NCBI RefSeq assembly: GCF_036321535.1
Contig: NC_087436.1
Span: forward strand, 17,608,001 to 17,672,000
Source: Camelus dromedarius
Taxonomy: Eukaryota
Direction: 5' to 3'
DNA: 64,000 nt
Part shown: positions 1-13,649 of the stretch, piece by piece
Layout: every line of letters starts with the position of its first letter
Position numbering within the stretch: the first letter of the stretch is position 1
The notes under the pieces: generated by a model
The model's database searches: none
Told to the model about the DNA's origin: nothing
The model's input: only the letters and a program-made list of their open reading frames with translations
Made by a program: the position numbers and the translations under genes

Positions 1-1489
1 GCTTCAAATTCCAAGTCATATGTGATGAAAGATTAAGTTCAAGGTGTGGTAAAGAAATGAATTCTACTTCATTCCTTGCATATAAATCAGGTTTTATCAG
101 GTATGGATTATGACTTAGAGAGAATGGACTACTCAACCCCTGAACTCATTTGTCATCCAGTTTTTCTCTAAAAGCCATGGACCCAAACGTAAAGCCAAAT
201 GAGGCTGGTATTCATAACAGCTTTCTGGTAGTGCTGCATCCAGACTCGAATCAACTCGGAAGACAACCAGGTCAAAATGAAAAGAACTGAAGAATCTCCT
301 TCTTGGGAATAGCATGCTATTGTGTAGCCAGAACCAATCAGCTAACAAGGCCAGTTATCATTAGAGATTATTATTTTATTATCTCTAGCTACTTTTGAAT
401 ATTCAGATACAGATGATCCTATTTTTGTTCTAATTTGTTGTTTAGCTTTATAAACGTGCCAGAGGTTTATTTGACTGGGCATATGACATAAATGTAAAAT
501 AATGGCACTACCCTAGTAAACAGCTTATTAAATAATGGATGGATATTCTCACACAGGCTTTAGAAGAGAACAAATAACGTTTTCCTCCATTAGGAATTCT
601 ATCTAAAAGTCACAATTATTTTAAGTACTACATGCCAATCTTTTTCAGAAACGTTACCATTTTCCTCTGGTGTAAGATACCTCCCTTCAGCTCTCTGGAG
701 TATAGAAAAGGACTTATTTAGAGAATTATAAATTCTGCCACCTCCATGGAAAGCCTGAATCCCTTAGTAGTCAAGCCAAGTTACTGATATCAGCAGAAAG
801 TCACTCAGAACTCTTTCTGATTATCAAAGCTAGAGAGCCCGAAACAGTGTGGATCCAGGGAAGCGTGGTCCACAGGGTCCCACAAAAAATCAGAAAGTCA
901 CTTTAAAGCTCAAAGTGCCCAGACACATCCTACTCAGTCTAGTCAGTAATTAACAAAACACTTACACCCCCCCACCCGAAGCGTGAGATGACCATATATG
1001 GTTGGGTTGCTCTGAGTTCACATTGCTTCCCTGATGAGTCCTTGGCCCTCAAGGACAGTGGGGCTTTTGTCTGTGATTTTTTTCCGTAATTATATAATTC
1101 ACTTTGTCATTTATTTACCAGCATTGCTTAGTATCCTCTGGATACACTATTTAACCGGGAGCTGTTTTAACATAGTAAGGCCATCTGTCTTCACTTGTAA
1201 ACCCTGAGAGATTAGGGATATGACCCCAAGGCTGAGCTACTTTGCTCCCAAAAGCAGGCTTGGCAAATTACCATGATCTTGGATCAAAGTGAAATGGTAT
1301 ATCCAACCAATGCAAGCTTCCAAGTTTAAAAAAAGCATAAAATGCTTAAATTACACATGAAAATCATAACAAATTCATATATTTTATATATTTGATCTAG
1401 GCTTCTGAATTATTGACATAAACCAGTGTTCATAATTCATAGTTCAATGTTCTGAACACTGGTTTTAAGTTTCTGCTTCTACTAGTTTT

Positions 1490-3690
1490 TTGCCACTTGT
1501 TTCCTTTTTATACCTTTTATGTTGGTATTGCTTTTGCTATTTCCCATTTTATTGATTTCTTCCCTTGTCTATTGCTTCTTTCTTTTTTCTTTGGATTTAT
1601 TTTGACACTCATTTCAACCAGCTTGAGTTGAATATTTAGTTCCTTTGCTTTTGTTTTTTTGTTGTCATTGTTATCTGCTTTTTGATAAATATATGTAATG
1701 TCAGAAAAGTTGCTTCTCATAATAATTTAACTGCATTTCACAAATCTTGATACATGTTCTTTTCATATCTATATAATTAATAATTTTGCATATGATTTTG
1801 TCTTTGAGTTATGTAATGTATAAATTATGTTTATAGTTTCAAATACACAAAACATTTTAGCTATATTTTTGTTATAAAGTTTAAATTTTATTCTTCTCTA
1901 AGTATATTATATGCATAGTATTAACTATCTGGAAGGCATTAAGTTTAATTTTTGGATTAATACTGGTCAATTTTTGTGAGCTCAAAAACAACATATACTC
2001 TTTTTTGGGGTGAAATATTATATAAATATATGTAAATTCACATACAATATGATATTATTATTCCAGTCTTCTATGCTGTTCTTTTCCCCCCATCTGGTTC
2101 TATCAATTAAATTCTCCAATGAAAATTATTGACATAACCATATTTATACTTTTCATTTTGTTGCTTTTTGTATTCTGAGGCTATATTAATAGATGTATAC
2201 ATATTTATTATTGTTTTGTCTTCTGCATATAACCTCCCTCTTATTTCCTTTTACATTTTAACCTTTAAGTTATATTTGCCATTTCTAAAATTGTTACCCA
2301 ACTTTCTTTTTATTCATATTTGCCTTTATATTTGTTTATATTCAAATTTTCTGTACCCTATTTAATTTTTTGTTTTTTTTTTTTCTTTTTTAGGTAATGT
2401 ATTGGTAGATCTTGGTATATTTTGATAAGTTAATCTGAATCTTAGTTTTTGAATGGTGAATGGTAATTTTAAACCACCTACATTTATTGTTAATTACAGA
2501 TACATTAGGTCTGTTTTGTGCCATCTTATTTTATATTTTATTTTACAATAATTTTACACTATTTTTTTCTATTATTTTTGATAGTTTTATAACCTATTTT
2601 TATTCTTCTGTTGGGTACTCATTATGTAAAACTCATGGAGGTTTTTTTTTTTCCCCTCAGTTCTGCTGAAGTTTATAAATAATTTCATCTACAACCTCAC
2701 ACCTCCCTCTGACCTATTACCAGTAACACACTCATTTCTCTCCTGTTAACTAGAATTTTATTTTTAGATTTTTGTGGCTATATATTTTTTGTGTTGCTTA
2801 TCTTTATATCATAAACTTGTCCTTATTTTCCATGTATTACCTATCACTTCCATATTCACATCTTTCTGATTAAAGTATGCTCTTCGAGTTTTTTAAAAGT
2901 GTCCCTATGAGGTGAACTACCTAAAACCATACATGTCTGGAGATATGTTTATTTCATCTTGGTATTTAAATAATAGTTTATTTGACTATAGAAGTCTAAT
3001 ATTCAAAATGCCTTTCCTTCAAGATATTATCTTTCTGTTTCCAGTAATCCTGCTGGGAAGTCTGCTATCAATGTGATACTTACTACTTTGTAGCTGATCT
3101 GCTCTGTTTCTCGGAAACTTTAAGTTTGTCTTTGAGTTTTATGGTATAAAAGTTCACTATAATATGTAGGATTTTTTTGCCTATATCTTTTCTTCTTAGC
3201 ACCCTTTTCTATCTGAAGTTTTATAATTTGCTTTATTTCTAGGTAAATAATGGTCATTATTTTTCAGTTATTCTCTTCTTTATTCTTTTTTCCTTCTGAT
3301 GTATGTAGACAATTTTATCTTCCACATTTGTTAACTTTCTCTTGTTCTACTATTTCTTCATTCTTTATGGAGGCTTTAAGTATGAACATTGTATTATGAT
3401 TTGTTTATATCCACTCTTTTATTCAAATCATCTTGTGTGTTACGTTGACAATTAAATATTTTATATCAGACATCCCCATTTGTTTTTTTACACAACTCTT
3501 TTTCCTGAATTTGCTCTGCTTTTCTGTCCCTCTCAGGATATTTATTAAGTTCATTTTCTGTATTTTTATTTCATATATTCTATAATTTTTATTTCTTCTG
3601 TTTTAAGTTGCTCTGTGTGTTGCCTTTTTTAAAATAATGCTTGCTCTCCACATAAGCCTTATTATTTTTTTCTCTACATTCATCCTTTAT
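1490..3690 (-). mobile_element. Ancient degraded LINE-1 (L1M-type) fragment, ORF1 to early ORF2 region
   Basis: Very T-rich 2 kb block with antisense-L1-like phrases such as 'ctgcatttcacaaatcttgatacatg' and 'gggaagtctgctatcaatgtgat...aagttcactataatatgt'. No intact ORF; boundaries approximate. Confidence 0.65.
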
Positions 3691-5814
3691 TTCCTTGGGA
3701 CAAGCAGCTATGGTGGCTAATAGAAAAGACAACATCAGTTTAAACAAACACCTAAAGAAAATTGACTCCAGCTGTTTTCTCTGAAAAGTTAACAGGTACC
3801 CACAACATACTGAATGCTCTGAACTAGGAGGCTACTCCCCTGCCAATGAACTGCCACTCCCAGCAACTGAGTACAACTACTCAGATTAGTTTGATTTGTC
3901 CCCAGACCTATTCATGTCACTTGCTATTATTATTGAACATAATTAAGTTAAATATTATGCAAATTAATACAAATGACAAAGGGAGAAAAACTTATTCCTA
4001 TGAAAATAAGATTGGGGGAAAAGAAAACAATAGTTCTGAGGTTTTTTCAAAAATAATTCACCCAAATTATAGGTGACATAACTATTTTTTTTAATAACAG
4101 GGAGGAATCGCAAAAATCTGGGAGTCTCTTTCAGATTGCTTCTCAAATGTCTTAACACTTTAATTTCCATTTAAAGAATCAAATCTTGAAATGATAGACA
4201 TTCATAGGAGTGTGGTTTATGCAAGAAAGATGATAGAACTCTAATCTGGAGACCTATATTCAGAGGAAAAGCTTTAGCCTCGTATGATTATAATGCACCT
4301 GTGTATGTTTGTAATTAATAGTACATTTGAGGTACAGCAGTAAATTTGTATGATTCCTCTCTTTAGTCAACATTTTTCAATGAACTGGATAATAGTTGTA
4401 GCCTTTCTCATGGTTGCACACCCATAGGGTAGACAGGCCAGTGGGGCAAGGAGAAAATGCTCCTCAGCGCCCTGCCCTGCACAGGGCAGCCTGTACTGTG
4501 CTCTTCACCCAGCCAGGTCCAAGCACTGCCATGACCGTGGTGTCGTCCCCATGCCTGCCGCCTGGCACGGTGGCTCTCCTGTCCCACAGTTAGAACAGGC
4601 AAGACAGTGACTTGCCCAGGGACACATGAAGAACAGGAAAGGGCACCACCAGAGAGCTCTTTCTCAGCCAGTTCCCCTCGAGAGCCCTGAGTATGTCTCC
4701 CACGAGGTCTATATCTTCCCCCTTCACACCAAGACCCAATTGTCTTCTGCCTCCCCACGGGTTTCTTAAAGATTTTATTTTAGTGTCTGATGAGAGCTGT
4801 GAGCTCCATAAATCTCCTTATATCTCCTCTGGAATCTGGGGGCTTGTCTGATGGAGGAATCCAAGAACATGTTCTGGCTTACCCTCTTGTCTAACCATAT
4901 AATACTTGTTTAGTTAAATAAAATTCTAGGCAATTTTTTTTTAAAGGACACTCCTTACCTACAAATTTTTTAACATTCATAGCAATTATAGTTTTCCAAA
5001 GATTAAAAGAGTTCAGCAGCACAATTGTTTGGTTTCTGCAATACATAAATCATTAGATTTACCAGACAGAATATATTGGTGTTTTTTTTTTGTTTTGTTT
5101 TGTTTTTCAGAAAGACCCTTTGGATTCCTAGTAACCGCTCCTACCCACCTGCCTCCCTACTCAGCCCAGTTGATTCTGCTCACCAAACCCTCCATCTATA
5201 CTCTTCAATCACCAACCTTTGTACCGTATACAACATTTCAGCATGCCTCCTAATTTTGAACTTTTAAAATGAGTCCCACTAACGGAAGGTTAAAAATTGT
5301 GGCCCAGAGAAAGATATTTTACAGAAAATTTTAGTATAGAAACAGGATCTTTGTGCTGCTGAACTACGAAGACAAATGTTGCAAGATGTGGAGCTATCAT
5401 TAATTTCTCTTCCCTGCAGACAAAGCACTTGTACCTAACGAGGCGTTACTGAGCTTGATACCTCTCTGCCTGAAAACCCTTCTGCCTTTACCAGCGCTTC
5501 CTTCCAGTGAGACCAGATGTTCCAACAAATCAACTCTTTCAATGCTGAATTCGCTTACATTATGTGATATAAATTATGGACCTTATCTCCTATATTTCTG
5601 TAGTATATGAAATCTTTCACAGTCACCAAAACTAACATACTGGAGCCGAGGTATTTCCAAATTATCCTATTATTCGAATCAGGCAGTTAGGAGGAATTGC
5701 TCAAAGTAGTAAAAGATGAATCAATTTATTATTTTACATACAGTTTGAGAAAGTACTAAGAAGTCAAGTTATCTTGTCTCTTCAAATAAATCTTCAGCTT
5801 AAAATGAAATTTAA

Positions 5815-5960
5815 GGGGGGAGGGTATAGCTCAGTGGTAGAGTGCATGCTTAGCATGCACAAGGTCCTGGGTTCAATCCCCAGTACCTCCATAGAAAAGT
5901 AAACAAGTAAATAAATAAAACTAATTACCTCCCCCCAAAACAAAAACAAACAAAAATTAA
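5815..5960 (+). mobile_element. tRNA-Ala(AGC)-derived SINE, camelid vic-1 type
   Basis: 5820-5891 is a 72-nt tRNA-Ala-like head with A box TAGCTCAGTGG (5827-5837) and B box GGTTCAATCCC (5870-5880). It is followed by an A-rich tail with 'ctaattacctcccccc', as I recall for camelid SINEs. Confidence 0.92.
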
Positions 5961-5971
5961 TTTTTTTTTAA

Positions 5972-6062
5972 GGGGAAGGAGGGTGTAGCTCTAGCAGTAG
6001 AGCACATGCCTAGCATGCAGAAGGTCCTGAGTTCAATCCCAGCACCTCCATTAAAAAAAAAA
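5972..6062 (+). mobile_element. Second, more diverged tRNA-Ala-derived SINE (short form)
   Basis: 'gagggtgtagctctagcagtagagcacatgcctagcatgcagaaggtcctgagttcaatcccagcacctcca' plus a poly-A tail. The A box is degraded. Confidence 0.88.
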
Positions 6063-7419
6063 TTAATAGAGATTCTAATTTGGACTTTCTTATATGGAAC
6101 ATCCAAGGTCTTCTATCTCCATGGAGGCCAAATACTTCACAAACAGCAGGACATCAACTGAGAAAAACAATCTATTAACTTAGGAGATGACTTATTAGAA
6201 TTGGAGATTTGATGACTATTAACAATTTCACTTGTTTTCATAATCCGTAACTCATATACATCAAAACATTAGTCTCAGGCTACCACAGGAGACTATTGGT
6301 CATTATTTGACGGCTTGATGGTAATCTGCTTTTTTCCCCCAAAATAGATGGAAAGAAAGATAGGAACAAGTGACTCCCATGGACCTCTGGGTGATTTGAT
6401 CAGAGTGCTGGCAGAGGTTGTCCAGCCCTCAACATGACCATACCCAACGTTAATACCCTTCTTTGGCTCCCTGTCCCTCTCTGAATTAAATCTAAATTCA
6501 TAACCCTTTTACATTCCTTTGAGGAATAGTGAAGTATTTATCATGTGACAGACACTCTTGATATCCTGATAATTAAGATATGAGTATAACATAATCAAAT
6601 GTGAATGTTCAGGATTAGTAAGGGAAAAAATTGTTTATTCTAGAAGCAACATACAGTCTTAATACAGAGCCAGCCTCATTGCCAACTATAGGAAAACTCA
6701 AACCCTAGTACATTTCTAGGGTGCCCAAGACCTTTGATAGCAGGCTGCAGTGGTTCTACATGCATCCATTCTCCATGGGGCTCGTGTTACTAGAAAGATT
6801 CTGCATCTAACAATTCTGAAGATTTAAGACTACAATATCCATCTCACTTGGCACCAACTTTTTCTACAAAACTCCAGTGTGTCAGCCGTCAATGACAAAT
6901 GCGGTCCATATGGTCTTTCTAGAGGGTCTTCTCAGTTTGTTTTTCAGGTTCATACTTTCCTGACAGTGGCTGTCCAATAACCAAAAGTAACCGAAAATCC
7001 GGAATATCATGACACACCCAGGACCTACTGATGGTGACGCAGGGTGTCCAAACCCACTGAGGGGAAGCAGCAGTCCAAAACACCCTCATGCCTTCTACGA
7101 TTAGCCCCCCAAATGTTCTTATCTGTTTGTAGTTATTTCCAGGAAAGGTCATTTCATCACCCTCCTGTTTCACTTAGCCGGCAACAGGAAGACCCCAAAA
7201 TAATATTGTCCCAGGTGACACTCAGCTTGCCCAGCTGTCCCCTCCCCCATGCCCACCTTGCCCTATCCCACCAGTGAAAAGAAAACTGTCAACAAAGGGA
7301 AATAAGCACCTCAGATCTTTGGCCTGGCTTCCAATTTTGCTCTTTCACAAAAGCCAGTTAGGGTGAGAAGAGAATCATGGGTCACGAAATAGGCACTGGG
7401 AGGGAATTAGGTGACTGAC

Positions 7420-7550
7420 TTTCTGCTGAAGCCAGGTGTGACCTTGAGCCAGCTACTTAATCTCCCTTGGCCTCAGTCTCTTCATATGTAAAATCCGGAG
7501 TTAAAGAAAATGATCACTAAATTTCCTTCCAGCTCTAAAATGCCATGGTT
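7420..7550 (+). mobile_element. MIR (MIR3/MIRc-like) SINE fragment
   Basis: Core 'tgtgaccttgagccagctacttaatctc...gcctcagtctcttcatatgtaaaat' and 3' end 'ccttccagctctaaaat'. Confidence 0.75.
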
Positions 7551-9069
7551 TTAAGTAAGACACTGGTTATCTCTCTTAAGAGATTTCCTGGCTATTAACA
7601 TACTCATTTACTAAATGACATTTTAATTTCGGCCCCAAGTGTCAGAGATTTTTACATGTTCAACAAATGGTACAATTCACTAGCTAAATGCTTTAGGCTT
7701 GATCATAAATTGCCCAAAGTCAGTGATAGCCCTGAGTCTGTGATGAGAAGACTGGGGATTTGTAATAAAAACAGACAGCAAGGCTTCTGGAATACCACTG
7801 GGGGAAAGGAATCTATTCCAAAATGAAACAGGAATTACTGGGTTTCTCAGAGAAATATCCCAAGCCACAGTGGTTAGCCTATTAGGAATTCGACTCACTC
7901 TTGCCAATTTTCCCAGTGACTGCTTTGTGTTATCATGGTCTAAAAAATAGGGCTATATTTTCTTTCTTTCTTTCTTTCTTTTTTTCCCCCCTTTTAACCA
8001 AGAGAAAACAAGATGCATTTGGTCATCAAAAGCAACCCTTTCAGAAAAGGCAGTTTAGAATGCTGTGGAGAGCAAATGCATGCCTGTTCAAGCCACAGTT
8101 ATTCCCTCACTTCCCCGGCTCCGTTATTCCAGAAACAGCTGCTCTGAAGGTTGGCTGAGGTCTTGTTTAGAGAATCAATTAGCCAAAGAAGTTTGGGCCA
8201 GTGAAGAATGTCACTCAAGTATAGAAAGATTTGGAAAACACTTCTACTTTTGTGTTTCCTGCAAGAAAAACTGGCCCATGTTCTGCACCACTCAAATGCT
8301 GTATCACTTAACCAAGAAGTGGCTCCAGCTAACATGGGTTTCCCTGATGACTCTCTTAGCAAAGAAGATGCCAACCAAACCCAACTCAGAGCCCAGTGAT
8401 GAGCAAAAATCCACAGAGTTATAAGAGCATGTCATGTTCCTCAGGATGGGTTTCAGTTTTATTTCTACTTTCTTTAAAAGAATGAGATGTTTAAAAGTTC
8501 TAGTTGCAACATGATGAAGTGTCTTTTAAGCAATGGAAATATAACATAGCATTCTTTGAAATGTCTCCTTACCACGGTTAGTTAACTCATATAGGAAATA
8601 GATATTTGTCTTTGAGGAAAAGAAAAAGGCTCATTTCCAGTTTCAAAAAATTTGATTCTATACCTTGATCATCATTATCACTTTGATCAACCTCCTCTAT
8701 AGGAAACCAAAGAAATACACTTAAATGTGTGTGATATGCTTACACTGGCGGCTACATGAAGAAAAGACAGGAGTTACAGATAACAACTAAGAGGCTATTC
8801 TAATAAGCCAAGCAAACATGATGAGAGATCGAGAAAAGCTGTTGGTAGTAGGAATAAGTCCCAAATGGTAATGACCAACAACTTGAAACAACATTTTATT
8901 TCTATGTTGCCTGGCTCTTTTTCTCAATAGAAGCAGATGGCTCTAAATATATGTTATGTTGCAATCATTTTTAAACAAGTTTCAGATTGTACTTCTTGGG
9001 GTCCTTCAAGCCGTGTAACTGGGGAGATTATCAAAAGAATTAATCTAGACCAAAAAGAAAAGATGAGAT

Positions 9070-9139
9070 AAGAAAAAAGAGGAAAGGAGGGGAGGGGAGA
9101 GGAGAGAGGAGGGCAGGAGAGGGAAGAGAGAAAGGAAGA
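9070..9139. repeat. Polypurine low-complexity tract
   Basis: 70 nt of A/G with a single C at 9114. Confidence 0.85.
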
Positions 9140-9147
9140 CCCACAGT

Positions 9148-10470
9148 CATTCAACAAATAACTTCAATACTTAAAATTCTAGGGGATAGGACCTATTGGA
9201 GAACAATAACCAAAAAAAAAAAAAAAAAAAAAAAAATTCCAGCCTTCCTGGAACTTTCATCCTGCATCTCACATAAGCAAAATATATAGTATGCCACATG
9301 TTCATAAGTATTTTGGAGAAAAATTAAGCAGGAAAGTGAGATAAGGAATGTGGAGGTGGCTGTGATTTTAAATATGGTAAGAGATGGAAAGTCTCTCTGA
9401 GAAGCTCATTTGATGGAAGCGAGGGAGTGATATCTGGGGAGGGGTGTTTCATGCAGAGGAGACAGAAAGTTCAGAAATCCTGAGCATACAGCCAGGAGGC
9501 CAGTAGGACCAGGAGAGAAAAGAATAACAAGAAATGAGGTTGCCCGATCATCTTGGCTCTTGCAGGCCCTATGTTAGGACTTCAGATTTTGCTGTGAGTG
9601 TGCTGGAAAGCCAATGAAGGGTTTTTAGTAGAAGAGTAACATGATCTGGCTTATTCTCTAAGAGGACCACTCTGGCTGCTGTATTGAGAAAGGACCATAG
9701 GCAGGCAAGGGTGAAGCAGAGAGGCTCTGGTCAGGAGACAATGGCAACCATCTAAGTGAGAGATGATGTTAGCGGTGAAACTGGTGAGAGACGGTTAAGT
9801 TCTGAAGACATTTTTAAGATAGAGCCATAGGATTTGCTGATAGATTGGATGCAGTGTGTAAAAGAGAGAAATTAAAGATGAGATTCTGGTCTGGGTCTGA
9901 GATAAGAAGGAATCCACGAGAAACAAGTTTGCAGGGAAAGATCAGGAGAAGTTTGGGAGAAGAGAGAGGTGGGTTTGGACACATAAATGTGGATGTGCCT
10001 GTTAGATACCCATGAAAGATGTTGACTATGCAGCTGGACCTGGGAGTCTTGGCAGAGGAGAGCCTGAGACTGTGAGTTTGAGGGTCATCAACATACAGAA
10101 GGTAATGCAGGCCATGAGACTGAGGAGATGATGTAGACAGAGAGGAAAAAAGGTAAGAATTGGTTCTGGGCCCCCCAACACCCCTAAGGTGCCTGAGGGA
10201 TGAGGGGGAATCAGCACAAAACCCAAGAAGGAGAAGGGAAGAGGAATGTTCTGAAGAGCATGTGCTAGAAGCTAAGCCCAGAACTTCAAAAAAGAGGGAC
10301 TCGTCAGTTTTGTCAAATGGTAAGTCAGCAGGAGGCCTGAGATGTGTGGCCCCTGAAGGTGAGTTTTGGTACAGCAGGTTTGGTGCAGGCAAAAGGTAGG
10401 GTAGGGAGGGTCTGAGGGAGCATGGGGAAGAGAAATTAGATCCAAGTAGAATGGATAAGCTTTTCAAGTT
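9148..10470 (-). mobile_element. LINE-2 fragment
   Basis: Begins with the reverse complement of the L2 tail ('cattcaacaaata'). It contains antisense L2 phrases 'taacatgatctgg...ctctggctgct', 'caggatttgctgatagattggatg'-like and 'tttggacacataaatgtggatgtgcctgttagatacc'. An A25 run lies at 9212-9236. Confidence 0.85.
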
Positions 10471-12149
10471 TTGTTGGAAAGGTTGAGAACTAAAGGAAGA
10501 GATGAGATCAAGAATTTTATAAGATTTTTTTCATGTGCTTTTCCTAGTTCTCTCATGATCTCTTGACCATTTTATACAAGAAAACTAGTCAATCCCTTTG
10601 ATTATTTCTGTTGATCTTCTGTTTCTTCAAGATGAAAAAACCAGAACACGCTGTAGCATCCCAGGTGTTGACAATCAAGGCTTTATTTAGATTTGTTCTG
10701 TTTATTCTTGCTTTAGAAGATTAGGCAATGGTCAGGAACTCTAAATCTTTTGGAGGATAAACAGTATTCAGCCTCAAAAATTACATAATTTGCTCTAATT
10801 TTAGTGGGTCAATACTTAAAAGTGAATGATGGTTATTCTTTTTAATCCATGAAACATGTACTGATTGAGCCTCCTGGGCACTTGGGGGCAACACTAAACC
10901 CTATTGGGAAGGTATCTTTCCCTAAAGGAGTCTTTGGTGTATTTCTGAAGACATGAACCTGTACAACTGTGATGTAAGTGCACACGCTTTATCAACATGG
11001 ACATCCTCAACAGCCAGCTCCATCTGATTTTGTTCTCATCACCACCCTGAGAGCTAGAATGGCCAAGCTATTTAAAAAGAGGTTTTCATTCTCCTGATCC
11101 CTTTCATAATTTCTCATGTCACCAAATCAAACACCATGACATTTTTTTTTTATCACCTAAAGGATTTGGGGAGTGTGTCTATTTAGATCTGAGTAATGCC
11201 CTCCAAGTGAAGCATCAGATTGAGTGCTCAATTGACCAAGAGAAAGGATGCTATAATGGGTGTCTTGGATATTCCTGGCAAGAGGAGGCTGTACTTAAGA
11301 AAGTGGACACAGGAATGTTAGAGTCTTTTCCTGGCTTCATTTCCTAAGGATTCATCTTTCAATAAACCCTTTCTGCATATGGAGGCCCTATTTCCCACCA
11401 CTCAGGTGGAGTTTTTGTACTGCATGTTCTGAAATGATGCTAGTTACACAAGAATCTTCTGATATTTATTTAATTTGAAAATGTACAAGTGGGAAATTAT
11501 TGTGAGTCAATTTGCCACTGAGGAGTTGTGGATTGATTGCATATGTGACATCAGGAAACAGCAGCAGGAGCCTAGAGGAGCTTCGCAAATTTGGTGAAGT
11601 GCTACCAATAATCGATCTTGTAAATATCAACAATAAGAACGTCGTCTTATGTTGTGTATCATGGAAGGTCCCTTTTCTGCAAAGAAATTGATCTATGTGT
11701 CTCCATAGAAAAGCTGGAGTATTCAGTAAGGCCACTACAATTGGCTTGGAGTTTGAAATGAAACAGATTTCCATTTTATGCAAGTAATTTTAGGGAATTA
11801 ATTATTAAGTAATGTGAGGATATTACTAAATATGCTCTGCTTTGTAGACTTAACTTTCTTTATTCATCTGAGTAGAGTTCATAATACACATTTAAAAAGA
11901 AAAAAAAACCTCTCTGGTGACTAAGACTTAAAGGTAGTAAAAAACCAAAAAAAAAAAAAAAAAAGAAAGAAAAAAACTCATTATTGCTCTAAATTTTAGT
12001 TGAGTTCTAACAAAACAGCAGCCTCTGAGCAATGAGATTGTCTCTTTATTCAAGACCTCACCTAAGGTTTCAAGATAATGACATCCATCCTTAAACCAAA
12101 TTTACTTAACTATACTTAAAATCTTATGCCTCATATCTGGCCTATGCAC

Positions 12150-12341
12150 TTAGAAGTCAGGACACTGGTTATGCTTGGCGGGGGAAGGGAGATTGTCATG
12201 ATGACAAGGAACACTAAGGCATCTTCCTCTGTGCAGATTATGTTGTTTCTTGATCTGGGTGTTGGTTACAGAAATGCATTCAGTTTGATATGTGTTCTCC
12301 ATGTGTGTACATGTAATACTTTAATAAAAAGTTAAAAAAAA
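12150..12341 (+). mobile_element. Ancient L1 (L1ME-like) 3' end
   Basis: 'tagaagtcaggacactggtta...tttcttgatctgggtgttggttaca...tactttaataaaaagttaaaaaaa'. Confidence 0.75.
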
Positions 12342-12464
12342 TAACCATGTCAAATGCTTCAATTCTTCTGAAAATAAGCAGCGTTGTTTAAGCTATTTAA
12401 GTAAAAAAGTCCTGGGCTAGTGAAACTAGTACTTTGTATTTTATATCATACTTGAGATGAAGAG

Positions 12465-12529
12465 TATATCAATCTGGATTCTACCAGAGAAAGAGACAGA
12501 ACCAGTGATTGATGGATAGATGGATTGAT

Positions 12530-12584
<55 letters not shown>

Positions 12585-12917
12585 TTCAAGGAACTGTCTT
12601 CTGAGATGATGGGGTTTGGTTGGGCAAAGTCTGAAATCAGAAAGACAGGCCTATTAAGGTGGAAACTCTAGGGTAGGAACTGACAGAGCAGTTCTCACAT
12701 GGAATTTTACCTTCAGGGCATCCTCAGTTTTAAAATTTTCAGCCAATTAGATAAGCCCCACCAACATTATCAAGGACAGTCTTCTTTACTAAAAGACAAC
12801 TGATTGCAGATGCTAACCACTTCTACAAAATAACTCTACAGCAACACCTAGATGAGTGTGTGGTTGCAAAGTGGGAAACAGAGCCTACCCAACTTGTCAA
12901 CAAAACTATCCATCATA
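12465..12917 (-). mobile_element. MLT2-type (ERVL) solo LTR
   Basis: 'ccagagaaagagacagaacc', internal GATA repeat, 'gccccaccaacattat...ctttact...ctgatt', 'acagcaacacctaga' and the end 'aactatccatcata' all resemble the reverse complement of MLT2. Confidence 0.8.
12530..12584. repeat. (GATA)13 microsatellite
   Basis: Perfect tetranucleotide array inside the MLT2 LTR. Confidence 0.97.
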
Positions 12918-13649
12918 ACGTGTTATGTGAGGATTATAGGGTGCGACTGAAACTCATCCTTCATTTTGCCAAGGCTCTGTTGTCTCATTGGGAGTTTTGA
13001 AAAGAGGAATAGATAAAATAAAATAACCAGTTTTGGATGAGAGGAAATTTTTCCATATGTTATGTGCGCAAACTCAGTCCTTTCTGAGCCTCCCCAGCAT
13101 GACCCATGAGGAAGAAATTCTGCATCCTTATTGTCTTCTCAGAAATGAATTAAATTTAGAAAGGCTGAGGAAATCTGTTCAATCGTTTGGAGTGATAATA
13201 GCATTCCAACAAGCAAAAACGTGTTTTGTTTTTTTTTTAACCATCATTGAAATTTGCCAGGATTTATGTGTATGCAAAAAAAATTAAAGGAGTTTGAATT
13301 TTAAAATTTCAAACTTGGCACATGTATTTCTCAAATGAGGCATGTGGGTTTTGCAAGTTTGCGGGGGCAGGGAGGGGGAGACGAGGGATTTATATGGGAA
13401 CGAATTTTACCAATAAGAAAAGAACTGAAGGTTCCAGTTAGATGGCCAACATTTTAGGGATACAGTGATACACTCCTCCTCCTCTTGGTTTTCCAAGATT
13501 GACTCCCAAGAGGCAGCATCGCTTGGTAGAGTCCATCAGCAATGTACTCCTCCTTCCCTAAATCCCTACAGCATCCAAAGCACCAGGCAAAGAGCCTAAT
13601 CTTTTCCTTTTTATTGGTCATCATCTTCATAAGAATCCTCTCTGAGCTG

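Noticed and set aside
5820..5891. Bona fide tRNA-Ala(AGC) gene
   Set aside because: It has an A:C mismatch in the acceptor stem, CpG-decay-type substitutions relative to mammalian tRNA-Ala as I recall it, a G-rich leader, a SINE-type A-rich tail and an adjacent second copy. It is best explained as a SINE.
9814..10467. Longest ORF (217 aa) as a protein-coding gene
   Set aside because: It lies wholly within a decayed L2. The Ser/Leu/Pro-rich translation reflects pyrimidine-rich repeat sequence and shows no recognisable host-protein similarity.
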